From Chrysomallon squamiferum (taxonomy: Eukaryota > Animalia > Mollusca), in contig CM022673.1 of the NCBI GenBank assembly GCA_012295275.1, positions 20,212,001 through 20,276,000 on the forward strand: DNA of 64,000 nucleotides, in the 5' to 3' direction. The translations under genes and the position numbers were made by a program. The notes below the pieces were generated by a model that was not told the DNA's origin, made no database searches, and was given only the letters and a program-made list of their open reading frames with translations. Shown here in pieces: positions 42,866 through 56,009 of the stretch; the first letter of the stretch is position 1; each line of letters opens with the position of its first letter.

Positions 42866-43964
42866 TTGTGTATGGTTACTAATATGCATGTCAGTGTGTG
42901 GGTGTGTGTGCGTGTGTCAGTGTTTATTTGTATTAATGTGTGTCAGTGTTTATGGGTATTAATGTGTGTGAATATATTAACGTATGTGTGTATAGTGATA
43001 TTTTTCAGTGGTGATATTAATATGTGTATCAGTGAATGTGTTGACTAATATTTCTGCACTTGGTGTTTATATAAAATGTGTGATACTGTTTATGACCTGA
43101 TATGTAGCAGTGTGTGTGTGTGTGTGTGTGTCTGTTAATGAGTGTCAGTGTGTGTGTTACTAATACCTATGCCAGTATTTGTGAGTGTGTATGTGTGTGT
43201 ATTATGAGCATGGCTTTTTTCTGTATGAATGTTTAATAAATTAATATAAAATTTCTGATGTTCAAAAGAAATAATTAGAATTAATAGAATTATAATATAG
43301 TTCTTCTTCTTCTTCTTCTTCTTCTTCTTCATCTTCTTCTTCTTATTATTATTATTTAGTTAAACATTTTGTATCTTTGATAGGAATAATGAAGTCATTT
43401 TTCCTGTAGGGCAGACAGATTATCAGAGATTTAATAGTTTTTACTAACATCTGTTTTACATTAAACTTGCATAATTACATATATTTCCTTTTTTCTAAAA
43501 TCTTTAAAATTATTATTATTATTATTATTTTTTTTTTGAATTTTGATCATTACCACATTTTCCAACTCAGTGATGGTCTGAGCACGAGCAGTGAATGATC
43601 AGAAAACTCTCTGGGATGAAGTCACTGTTCCTGTGGAGCAGCCAGGTCATCACAAATATTTTTTTCCTCTTTCATTTGTTTTATTAATAATCTAATGTGA
43701 AAGAAATTAGTGATACAGTGACAGACAGATATCTCTATGATTGTTAACAAAATAGTTTCAAACTTTATTCATTTTATTCATTCTTAATATTTCAATTATC
43801 TTTATAGAAATCCATTTCAGTTATAGTTGGCAAAGTAAATAGTGGCTTTCCAAAATTAGCTATAGGACTATAATCACTATTTCTTTCAAGAGACTGATAT
43901 TTATTTAACATAATTTACTAATAATCAGCACATCTCTACTGAGCACATACTACTAACAACAAGT

Positions 43965-44308
43965 ACAAGCCAGAGTTTACATGTGTGATTCAGGTTTCTG
44001 TAAACATGACATTTCTGTACAATGGATGCACCGTTATTTCTGGTAACAGTCTTGCAGGATGAATGCGCTTATGTCGGGGATCCATGGGTGGGGTGCACAT
44101 ACTCAGGACTGGTGGAGGCTTGTGAGGTTGCTCCTTCAGTGACGTGGATTGTCTGGGTGACGATGCTGCTGATGGGACATCTTTCCACCTGGTGGGTGAC
44201 TCCTGTCCAGTGTTCTTGGACTGGGAATGTTACACATGGGGAATATCTCATCATGGATGTCAACAGATGCTGGGAGTGTCATCAAGTTGCCCTGTTGAAT
44301 TTCAGTGA
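43965..44308 (+). pseudogene. Decayed Cys-rich exon, paralogue of 42560-42865
   Basis: Frameshifted reading FTCVIQVSVNMTFLYNGC...ECA...GCTYSGL...GCSFSDVDC...DGT...CPVFLDWEC; a GC-rich island in AT-rich DNA. Confidence 0.5.
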
Positions 44309-44834
44309 TAAACATGGAAAACACACAAAAACATGCACACACATACTGACATACATATACACAAACAAACAACATGTAACAGACAGACAGAAAAAGAAAG
44401 AGAAAAAAATGAAAAAGAAAAGAAACAGAAGAAAAAACAAAAAAAAACTTATAAAACACTACCTCTGTTTGTTACAGTGATCAAACTGGAAAAGAGTTTG
44501 GTGCAGTCAATAATATTGTTTACAGTTTAAATTGTTCATTTTATTTTTATAAGCTTTAATATATTATGGGGAAAACATATAAAATGTATGTGCTGGTTCG
44601 ACGAGAAATTTCTCCCTGGTAAAGCAGTGTGAGTATACACATTACATTTTAACTCATATCATCATTTGTTTTTTAACTCAGGACTGAATATCCTAATTCC
44701 AACTGTAGAAATGTTATTATTGAATATATATAGAAAGGTATATTCTACATAGTATTTTTCAAATGATAAATAACCTTAAAAATAGTAATGATTTTTTTTA
44801 TATATATATTTCGCAAATGATAAAGGGTTAAATA

Positions 44835-45430
44835 CAGGGTGTCCCAAAAGTAACCAACTGCAAACTTAAATAAAATTAGATATTAAAAACAACAAATTTA
44901 ATCTGTACATTTATTATATACAAATGTTCAAAATGTTTACCTTGAACTTCAATACAATCACGACACCTTTTGACAACACTGCGACATACTTTTTGGGGAG
45001 CATTTGACACACTTCCAGTTACTTCAAATTTGGATACAAGATTGAATATTGTCGATTTACTCAGTACAGGTGTTCTAAAGTTTACTTCCCATCTTTCTTC
45101 AAAATGCTTGTAGCTAGTCATTGCATAGTAATTCTTAACAACGAAGATACATTCGTTTAAATCTAAAGTTCTTCGCTGCATTTTTAAGAGTGAGGATACC
45201 ATTTCAAGTCAAACCATGTAGAGTCCAGTAGCGCGCACTAAAACAGAAGTCTCAATCACAAAGAACATTACAATCAGGTAACAAAAATCATTCCAAAGAC
45301 TACTACTGACAGAAGTAAATGAATAGTACAAAAGATGACATAAAATGACATAAAAGATGGAATTAAATTTGTTATTTTTAATATCTAATTTTATTTAAGT
45401 TTGTGGTTCGATTACTTTTAGGACACCCTG
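44835..45430 (-). mobile_element. Non-autonomous Tc1/mariner element with internally deleted transposase
   Basis: TIRs of ~68 bp (CAGGGTGTCCCAAAAGTAA... / ...TTACTTTTAGGACACCCTG) with TA on both sides. ORF 44876-45202 fuses the N-terminal HTH (SKSTIFNLVSKFEVTGSV) to the extreme C-terminus (RCRDCIEVQGKHFEHL). Confidence 0.92.
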
Positions 45431-45842
45431 TATATGAATTATTACTTGAAAAATGTTTGCCAAATTTTAAATTAGAGATCAGAGTTACATACTTCGTGTG
45501 TCTGTATTCCTGCTTTTATATATATATATATATAAAATGTTTTTAGATTTGTTATTTTATATGGTGATTTTTATTTATTATATAATTATTTATTTCACAT
45601 TTTTACTCGGTTTTAAAAATGTATTTTTTTTAAACAGTTTCATTTTAGAAAACAAATAAAAAATTAATAATAAATAAATAAAATAAAAATTGAAATATGC
45701 CATAACAAGTAAAAACCACAGCTGTTCAGTAGAAAATGTTAATATATATGTATAAAGTCACAATCAGCAAATTTCAACTCTTATAACATTGTTCATTGCC
45801 TATGTGAAATTAATTAAAAAGATAAAAGAATTGCAAGAAAGA

Positions 45843-45880
<38 letters not shown>

Positions 45881-46699
45881 ACATGTAATAATATAACCCA
45901 TACATACATTGTACAAAATGATGGTAAAGCTATAAATGTTATTATTTAACAAGTTTTTCAGTAAATATGAAAACATATTTTAATAAGAATGTAAACACTG
46001 TACTAAGGACAGAACAGCAGATATTTTCTTTAAATATTCATTAATATAAATACAGTGATGACAATAATTTTAATTAGAAATGTATTTATAATTTAGACTT
46101 ATCAAGATTTAAAAAATTGATTGAAACGATATTTTAAGGATGTGTTACTGACAAATAAACCCCCCCACTCCATGAGCTATTCCAGTCAAGTATCAATATG
46201 TTCAGTGAGAACTGTGGCCAATCAGTCCAGTAGATTACTTATTTTTTGCTTTCTAATATCAGTTTTATCAAGTATCTTCACTGGATTTCCTTCACAAAAA
46301 TTGAAAAATAAGTACTGCCAACCAATACAAATTCTGACTATATAGAAATCTTCTCATTGTATGTTGCTGGTATTTTTATTTATTTATTTAAATTATTTTC
46401 TATCACTGTAGTTGTTCTTAGATATTTCTGAATCTTCTCATTTTAAATTTAATAGAAATAGTCTTATAAGTTGCTGATCAGTGAATTGAGTTTGCTCAGA
46501 ATCCAAGTTAAATATGACTTCATTGCTACAGTTATTTCTTAATAATATAAAAGAATTTATCTTTTACAGAAACATTCTTCTAATTCATGTTTATTATTAT
46601 TATTTCATTAGAAAATTCCAATTATTCTTTACATTTTAGGTGGGGTTTTTGTGAGTATGTTTTGGGGTTGTTGTTTTTTTCATCCCATCTATGTACAGA

Positions 46700-47110
46700 A
46701 TATCATTCTGGGATGGGGAAATAGACTGTGCATTTCTGAAAATTGTCTGTGCTGTTTGCCAGAACTGAAAGTATTTTTCAACTCCAAAAGGTCATATGTT
46801 TTTCATGTGTATTTATACAACTTTGTAAATTCCATAGAAACATTATTCTGTTATATCTTACTGTCCTGATAATTCAGAATATCTTCTCTGTGCTTTTTGC
46901 TGAAGATTAATGAAAGTATTTCTCAATTCTGTCAGTCATAGGTTATTCTTGCATGTTTATATATCCTTGTAAATTTCATAGAAACTTTCTATTCTTTAGC
47001 TTGGTGTCCTGGGAATTAAGAATAACTGCCCCATCCTGTTTGCCCAGAACTGAAAGTTGAATTTTTTTTTTTGTGAATTCAGAATATCTTCTCTGTGCTG
47101 AAAATTAATT
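46700..47110. repeat. Degenerate local tandem duplication (~140 bp, ~3 copies)
   Basis: Recurrent gccagaactgaaagt, tgtaaatt.catagaaac and aattcagaatatcttctctgtgct. Confidence 0.65.
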
Positions 47111-47761
47111 GAAACATACTTTTATTATAACTTTTTTTTTTTATAAGTACCTTTCAGTGATTAAGCTCATTGTCTGAGAATTCTCTGTGACTCTTCATAG
47201 ACTCAAAAAAAAAGTATTTAGATAACCACTATTCTGACTCATTGTAGATTGTCCTGGAATCACAGGATTCATTATTCATTCTGTTTTAAATTTCCAACTC
47301 TTTTGTTTCATAGGGCAATATTTTGTCTTCATAAACCAAGATGTCAGTTTTGTTAGGTTACAGGTCAGTAAAACACCCTCTTGTAATCTTGAAAAGTGTT
47401 ATTCATATGAAAAAATATATAATTTTTAATTGTGTTTCTCTAAAAAATTCTTAATTTCTGAAAGAAATAATTAAATATTCTGACAGTCATCAAAGTACAC
47501 CAGTTAACAACACACATGCATACATAAAAACACATATACAAACTCACATCGTTTTGTAGAAAGGTGCACATAAGATTCCTTGCAATAACAGCCATATCTT
47601 ATTTTATTCTATACAATCTTATTTATACACAATTTCACACACACACAAAAAATAAAAATAAAATAATAATATAAATAACTATTTATTTGTTTATTTATAT
47701 TTTTTAAATTTATTTATTTATTTATTTTTATTTATTTATTTATTTATTTATTTATTTTTTT

Positions 47762-47800
<39 letters not shown>

Positions 47801-48547
47801 TTATTTTTTTATTTCTTTAATTTTTGTTTATTTATTTATTTTTTTTTCAATTATTGATTAAAATTTGTTTTTTACTTTCTAAAAAATGTTTGCTAAATAT
47901 ACTTAAATCTTTTGACATGATCAGTTGCTGATTGGCCATAGTATTCTTGTTTTCCTGGCAAAAGTCTTGTAATTCTTTTAATGAAATGTCATGAAATGAA
48001 TAAATCAGGCCAAACTGAACTATTTAAACTAATGCCATTAACAACATCTGTTGTTGTATGCACTAATGGCTCTCTATTCCTTGTGGCCTGCCAACTTAAC
48101 AAGTATGTCATCTTTTCCATATGTTAAACAGTACTGTCAGTGATCAGAAAGTGTGACCATAAGAGGCACGTTCCCTTCACTGTCACAGTCACAGTATTTG
48201 GCATCATTAGCCCAACTAATGACTATGACATTCCAGCACTTTCCTGTCACAGTCACACTCTCAGTTCAGAAAGGATGACTATGACACCCACAGGTCAGGA
48301 CTTTACTGTCACAGTCACACTGTCAAGCATGCTCCCTTTTCAGTGTCACAGACACTGGTCAGAAAATGAACAGATGACAATTATTATTATTATTATTATT
48401 TTAAATATTTTTATATATTGGCTGACATTTATAAAATATATTCAGTAATAGTTTGTCAATATTATTTCCTTATTAAGATATTTTTATATGCATTTTAATG
48501 AATATAACCATTATTTACACTATTATTGTATTATAAATGTTTTGTTA

Positions 48548-48589
<42 letters not shown>

Positions 48590-51404
48590 GTTACAGTACA
48601 TTTTATTGTTACCTTTTGTTAAATTTATGGTGTCTTTTTGCACCTTATATCCAAAGTTCTTTAAATATATAGGTTTATATTGTTACTGTTAATCAGTACT
48701 GTATATCTAAATGTGTTGGTCAATTTAATTATTATTATTACTTTTTTTTAAACTGATCTTGTGGGGGTTTTTGTATGTTTTTTATTGTGTTTTTTTGTGG
48801 GGTTTTTTGTCAAATGATACTGCATTTGCTGTGGCTGTCAGCACATTTATATTGCTGTTGTTTATAATCACTGTTCACATAAAATATTGTGTGTTTTGTG
48901 TCATCTTCAGTGACTATTTTAAACTGTATTTAATATTACTATAATTAATATTATTTTTGAAACCCAGTATATTTTACAAACAATAGAATTTATATAACTT
49001 ATGTTAAATATTCTCTGTACTTCTATTTTAACAATCTTAATAGTATTTTTCAGAATATTTTAAACTGATGTTTCATTACTTAATATTATTTTAATTTTAT
49101 TTAAAACATGAGATGAGTTTGAAATGAATATATTTTTTCTTATTAGGAATTGGAAGGTAATAAGAGATAAGAAGTGTTATAATTTGTTCATTGATTAATC
49201 GTAAAACTTTGGAATATAATACAACAAAAAAAACAAAAACAAAAAATAATAATAATAATTAAATTATATGGAAAGAAAATATTATGACAAATATCTTTGA
49301 ATGTTTATTTGATCAAATGGAACAGTTAATTTCAGGTCCAGTTCTATTTTACCATGTTCTCGGTTTTTGTTTGCTGTATGGTAAAAAAAAAGACAACAAC
49401 ATCAAAGAAATTTTATTCAAGAAACATCTTTGGTTCTTAATATTTATTTCACAGGGCAGTGTGCAAGGGTTTGTAATTCTGACTATTGACATCTGCCAGT
49501 TTATTGAAGATACTTTACCATAGAGCCTTCTCTGAGTAAAAAGTAAAGTGAATTATGACTACTGGCAGAAGAACCATCTATGGAGACACAAAATGTTTTG
49601 GGTTATTCTGCTAATCGTGACCTATTAGGAGGCATCCAGAAGGAAAAAAATATGGTTACTTATAATGGGAAATGGAAATCTGGCTACTGCTATTTAATTT
49701 ATAACAATCACATCCTTATTTTAATTGGAACCCTTGGCAGGTAAATAATTTATATCTGTTAACTGATTTTATTGCACTTTTCTTCTACCTGTCTCATAGC
49801 AGTAAGGGATTTGTACTGATTCAGAGTATGACGAAATCTTCATAGAAAAAAAAATGGAATTGGAATAAAAGCTGCCTGGAAAAAACCATTTACCTGGAAG
49901 AAATGGCACTATGCAGATTTGGGAAAAATAATGACATTTAGTTATTGGTAGTAGGTGAAATCCTTCTTACAAAATCAATTCATAATTGCACCTTAAAAGC
50001 ACATAAAAAAAATCAGTGCTGGAATAATAATGATTTAATGTCAGAAATAATATAAACTGTAATTGTTAAATAAATAGTCAGTCAAAACAAATGTAAACCA
50101 AAATGTGTGTGTATATATAATTTGTGTGAGTGTATGGGTGTGCACGCGTGTGTTTGTGTTTGCATGTGTGTACATACATACGTATATATATATATATATA
50201 CACACATACACACACACACACAAACACACACACACAAACACACACACACACACACACATACACACATACTTAATTCCCTTTGTGTTTGATCATGATAACA
50301 TAATCAGTTAAGTCCAGTTTAGAAAAACAATTCATAACTGCTGGTCACAACATCCACTGGAAACTTTATAATAACCAAAACCAAGTGACTGAGTGATGTA
50401 TTTTTATTATATTTTTAAATGTGATAATAATGTGGTAATTGTAATATTAAACTTTGATATGATACTGTGCTTTGTTAAGCCTTTTTTTCCAGTGCATTTT
50501 TTCTGTACCCCATCTTCATAGAAGTAGCACAAGGGTGGTTTATAAGTGGGCAAAATTAGTTTGGTGTTAAAAAGAACTAAGTCTTTGTTTGGAGGGCATC
50601 AGAAAGTCACTAGATAAATTGGAAGCATATTGAGAAAGTGTTAATCTAAAAAGTATAATCATAAATTATAGCAAATGATGATAATGTAAAAAAAAATGTA
50701 GGCATGGTAACAGTCATTTAATTAACACTGTGTAATATTATATTACAAAAGATTAACATGGTTGTTGGTTTATTGTGATCCAGAGTTAAAATTCTAGCCA
50801 AATGTTTCTATTTATTATTCTTTAGCTTGGCTGTTACTTAGTATGAATATAATAATTAATATCTTATATAGCAATAAAAAAAAAAAAATAAAAAAAAAAT
50901 TTACAAAATAAATAAAAGATAAATAAAGAAATAAACAATTTAAGAATAAAAATAAGCTGATGAACAGTTTAACATGTATCATCTACAGAATTAAAGGCTC
51001 CACAACACTTCACACTTTATCTAACTGCTGGTAATTTATATCACTTTGACCTGTGTTACAAACACAAAACTGTAATCAATGTTAATCTTACTGCCAATAA
51101 AACACAAAAATAAAATCACATGTCTACTTCAGGAACTAACATACTTATACTTTTGATGAAATGCAGTTTATCTTTCATTTTTTTTTTTTTTATCATTTAA
51201 TTTAATTTCATGTCAAAAGGTACAATGCCTTGGAATAAACAAACAAACAAATAAAACCTTTGTGAATTATTAACAACGATATACAGATATTGATTAATTG
51301 GTTTGTTTTCTAACCTATTTAAAATTACCTTTTCAAAAAAAAAAAAAAAAATTAATTTTCAAAATATTTTTTCTATTATTTGTTTATTTATTTATTTTAT
51401 TTAA

Positions 51405-51435
<31 letters not shown>

Positions 51436-52729
51436 TTTATTATTATTTTTTAACCAAAAATTAAAATAACATCATTGGAATAAAAATAAACCAATACCCT
51501 CAGTTTGGGTTTCTTCAATTTGATTACTTCCCCTTCCTTAATTTTTTATTTCAATAACGTGTTGTTTTATTGTGTTTAATATAGCTATAGGATTATTAGC
51601 TTATTGATTTCATTAAACTAAATAAATAATGTCAGTTGCAGAATTCCATGTGAATTCGGAGTTCTTTGGAAACTAAATTACAGGTTTTATAATATGTTCA
51701 GTAAAACTAACATCTTCTCAAGCCGTCTTCAAGCAATTTACTCGAGTATCACATGACCGGCATTGGGATGTTGTAAGAATGATATGTTGTAATAATTCTT
51801 GTGAAATATTCCTTTGTAATTCATTTAACTTTTAAGTTCTATGGTTTATTTTTGTCAATAAGATAGCTGTAATCAATATCAGTTTTTGTAAATGTCACAA
51901 GTAATTAGATGAAATGTCTTATTTACTGATGTAAACATTACGTGTTATTCAGCAGTCATGAACAAACTGATTTTTTTCAGAATATGTTTGATCGTCCTTT
52001 AGTAGGACTGAAACATTCTGAATGTATATTTTGAATGTCGCTATATTATTGGATATGAAGTAATACATTATATAAATTTTTAATTTTGCAGTAATCAGAA
52101 AATATTTTAACTTGTAATCATGCAACATTAATAACCAAAATCCAAAAAAATGTTACCTTTATCAGTATCTTTTCACCATGAACTGAAGAAAGAATATTCT
52201 TTTATAAATCAGCAGTGTGCGGCTATATTATGAAGAAAACACAGACTCTCCTCCAATCACCGAATTCATTCAATAAATAAGTAGAAGTCATCACAAGAGA
52301 GAAGAAAAAAGGCAAATAAATTGATAAGATAAGTATATAAACAAAACTACATCTTTTAACATATGTTTAATAATAATAATAATAATAATAATGATACAGT
52401 AGAGTTCATTCAAGACAGTAAAAACTGAAAATAACTTACTGATAGTTCATTAGTTGTCTTTAATCTCAATAACTGCTGTAGCTAATGCAGTAGTTTTCCT
52501 TTCAAATATTGTCAGTTATAGAGAATAAGGTGCACCAGCTATGAAGCAATTGATCCAAATATTCGAACCAGATTGAGCTTGAATCATTGCTTAAAAACTA
52601 CAGCTGTATTTAGTTTTAGTACAAGAAACTGTTGAAAAATAGATTAAGCAGATATAATATTAGTTACAATTTATTTAAACTGTATTAACTCTTTCTATCA
52701 TAATCTCAAAAGCAACACAATTCCAGCTG

Positions 52730-53092
52730 CTGGAAAGGAGAAATGACAAGCAGGGACATTATTAAATTAAATGTTTAAAATTTTAAAAATATAAATGGGA
52801 AAACCAATAATGTTACACTGCCCATGATATTATTGATATTTTGGTGAATTATGCAGTCTTGTTACTGATTTTACACTGTTGTAATGTTTATAATACTTTT
52901 ATTCTTGTTTTGTGTGAAAATGTGGCAGACGTGTTAGAGATTAGCTGCTCCAGTATCTTTAACAGACTTGCCCGTTATCTGTGGTCTAATTAATCCTGGC
53001 AGTGGAAATTATTAACAGGTCTGCTGTTTATCTGTTAATAAAGTTAATTTCTTTTAGTTCCTGCTTTGCCAAATTTCCTTTTTCTTGGAGTG
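52730..53092. repeat. ~360-bp fold-back/MITE-like element, copy 1
   Basis: The first ~240 bp are nearly identical to 53930-54169. Imperfect terminal inverted repeats (aaaggagaaatgacaagcagg ... cctgctttgccaaatttcctttt). Confidence 0.75.
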
Positions 53093-53925
53093 GATATCTA
53101 TTTTAAAAAGTAAATAGATCAAAGAATAACAAACAAATCAACACACGTTTAGTTTTTGTGAATCCTTCACTGAACTCAGTCAGCAAATATCTGATCATTG
53201 TTTCAAGCTGGTGTGATACATCATCATTCATTTCAAACTGAAATCACTAACGAAAAAACTGTCTTGTAGAACTTGAATTATATTATTATTATTATTATTT
53301 AAATATTTTTAATTATTTCTTATTTTTTACATATTTAATTTCTTGATGCTTTACATTAGAATATAAAAATTTATATAATAATCAATACAGTTCTGTGCAA
53401 ATAGAAAATTTATTTGTATGATTTTTACGAAATAACAGTTCTGTTTTTTTTTTAATTTACAGATACGGGATATAATCACCTTTAGAGTAACATAACTTAG
53501 GAAAATTTCAAAGATATTTCAACAACATGAAAATTATTTGGTTTACTTAATATAAATACCTTTCATCCAAAATAAAAGGTATAAAAAAAAAAAAAAAATG
53601 AATGAATGAATAAATAAATAATAATCATGTAAAAATATAAAATGAACAAAGTGATGTTCTATTTGTTTTGAATATCATTAGAATTGCTTGATTTATTCTA
53701 ATAAGATTTACATAATCATCTTTATATTTAATTGTAAACATTTGATAATCCTGTGAATGAAAAAGCAAAATGTGTAAATATAAAATTTTTATTTTTAGTT
53801 GTTTCCTGAGAATATTAAGCATAATAACATTTTTATTATTATTTTTATTTTATTATTATTATTTTTTTTAACAGAAACAATGAACCAGTCCTTTCTCAGT
53901 CTCAAAAATAATCTAATAGTTAGCT

Positions 53926-54300
53926 CTAGAAAAGGAGAAATGACAAGCAGGGATATTATTAAATTAAATGTTTAAAATTTTAAAAATATAAATGGGAAAA
54001 CCAATAATGTTACACTGCCCATGATATTATTGATATTTTGGTGAATTATGCAGTCTTGTTACTGATTTTACACTGTTGTAATGTTTAAAATACTTTTATT
54101 CTTGTTTTGTGTGAAAATGTGGCAGATGTGTTAGAGATTAGCTGCTCCAGTATCTTTAACAGACTTGCCAATAATCCATGTGTGAAAATATGACTTGTTA
54201 CTATGTCATGGAAATTAGTAACAGGTCTGCTGTTCATCCATTCATTTCCTGAAGTTAATTTATTAATGCCTGCTTTGTAAAGGTTCCTTTTTTCTGGAAT
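53926..54300. repeat. ~370-bp fold-back/MITE-like element, copy 2
   Basis: Direct duplicate of 52730-53092 with a divergent 3' third. Confidence 0.75.
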
Positions 54301-54839
54301 TGAACTTTCTTAAAACAGGACATTAAAAAAAATAATAATAATAATTACAATGACACAATACCAATAAGAACAACAACAATAATAATAATGTCGACAATTA
54401 AAAACCTCTACACCAAGTGAAAAATTCAATTTATTTATTCATACTTAAATTATTATTTACACTTTTGATTTAAATCTTTCACAGCATTATCAAATGTAAA
54501 TTCAATTAAAATTTCTTAGAAAGACACTGAATGCTAAAATTATAAAAACATTTTTGAAATAAAATAAATAATAAATATTGGTTAATTAACATAAAAATGT
54601 ATAATTCAACAAACAAAAAAATAATAAAATAAATAAAAAATATAAAACATTATATAATAATAGAAGATCATTTGTCACATATATAAAACACTTCTATGGG
54701 ATTAGTTTTCATTCATAATGCTATGTTGTTTATTTAGCAGGTGAAGAACAACAACATCTGGAAATGAAAGTTTTATTGCTGTTTGAAAAGAAGCAAAAAT
54801 TACTCTGCAATTATTGCCTTCAGCTGCATGTTGCTTTCA

Positions 54840-55740
54840 ACAATTGGGTCTTGTTCCACAGTTTCTATGCTTCATTTAGCTTAGACATTAGATTCTGCAG
54901 CTGTTCTATCCAGTAAGGTATATAATTTCATCTTGTTCTTCTTTGGATCATTTCCTTTACAGCTTTTGAGAATGAGTGTATTGAACTCTTTGCCAATGTT
55001 AATATTGCCTGTATGGATATCTCTCAGGTTGGAGAAAACATCCAATTTGCCTTTTCGCAACTCCATGTTGACAGTCCTCCTGAGAACCACTGTGAGTTTC
55101 ATTAGTCTGTGGCTCTGCAAGTTTTAGGCAGCAAATTGCAACAAAAGCTAGGTTTGCAGTGGTTGTCGAGAAAAGATGTAGGAGGATCTTGAGAACAACT
55201 TAATAGTTGGAGCTACTGATTTATCTGCCAGTCTTCTAGTACATCTGCTTTAAGAACTTTCTCAAACAATTTCAAATTTTGTTAATGGCTTTAAAGTCAC
55301 ACAGTGACAGTTATGTTCTCTATATTAATATCCAGTGCAGCAAGGATAGATGTCTATTGTGAAGTCTTTCTCTAAAATTAATCTTTGTTTTTGAGATTTC
55401 TTCAGTATTCCATTGTGTTTTTAATATCTTGTCTTTTTTTTTACCACCAGTAGCTTTATCTGATAGATTTCATAACCTGACATCACTGAACGGATTACGA
55501 GGAATTACCTGTAGCTTATGGCATAGAACCCATCATTCTTCCACCCTGGTGGGTGGCCAGTGCTCCAGCATCATCTCTCAAGTTTCTGTTGTGGGACTGA
55601 TGTGACAGAATTAGCATTTATAGGGATTCTGGCCAAGACTTCACCCCTTGACCAGTCCAGCTTGGGAATCTCTACAAGGAGCTGTCGTTCTTGCTGGTAT
55701 ATATCTCTCTGGTAATTAGACACTGAAGTTACCTCACCAC
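54840..55740 (-). mobile_element. Highly decayed retroelement fragment, possibly RTE-clade LINE
   Basis: GC-richer block with broken minus-strand ORFs and an RTE-5'-like segment (gctggactggtcaaggggtga). No catalytic motif is recognisable. Confidence 0.3.
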
Positions 55741-56009
55741 ATAATAAACACTCATCTACACACTAAACACTAAACACAAACATACTGTCACAACATAGAC
55801 AAACACACTCCATGTATACCACCCACAAAACACAAAACAAATACACAACATAGAGATATATGCACACATCAGCAAAACACCTGATACAAGTACAACACAG
55901 TGAACCACAGTGTCTTTTGTGTCATGCTGGATCTGTTATTATTCACACAAACAAACAAAGACATAAAATAATAATAAAAGTTAATTTCACAATTCTAATA
56001 TATGTTTAT

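Noticed and set aside
42582-44480. SRCR or chitin-binding domain call for the Cys-rich relics
   Set aside because: Only isolated look-alike words (VEVLHG, GLYYD); the diagnostic motif order and Cys spacing do not fit.
51984-52016. GTCC...GGAC-TGAAAC hairpin resembling hammerhead stem II
   Set aside because: Lacks the CTGANGA core; only a small hairpin.
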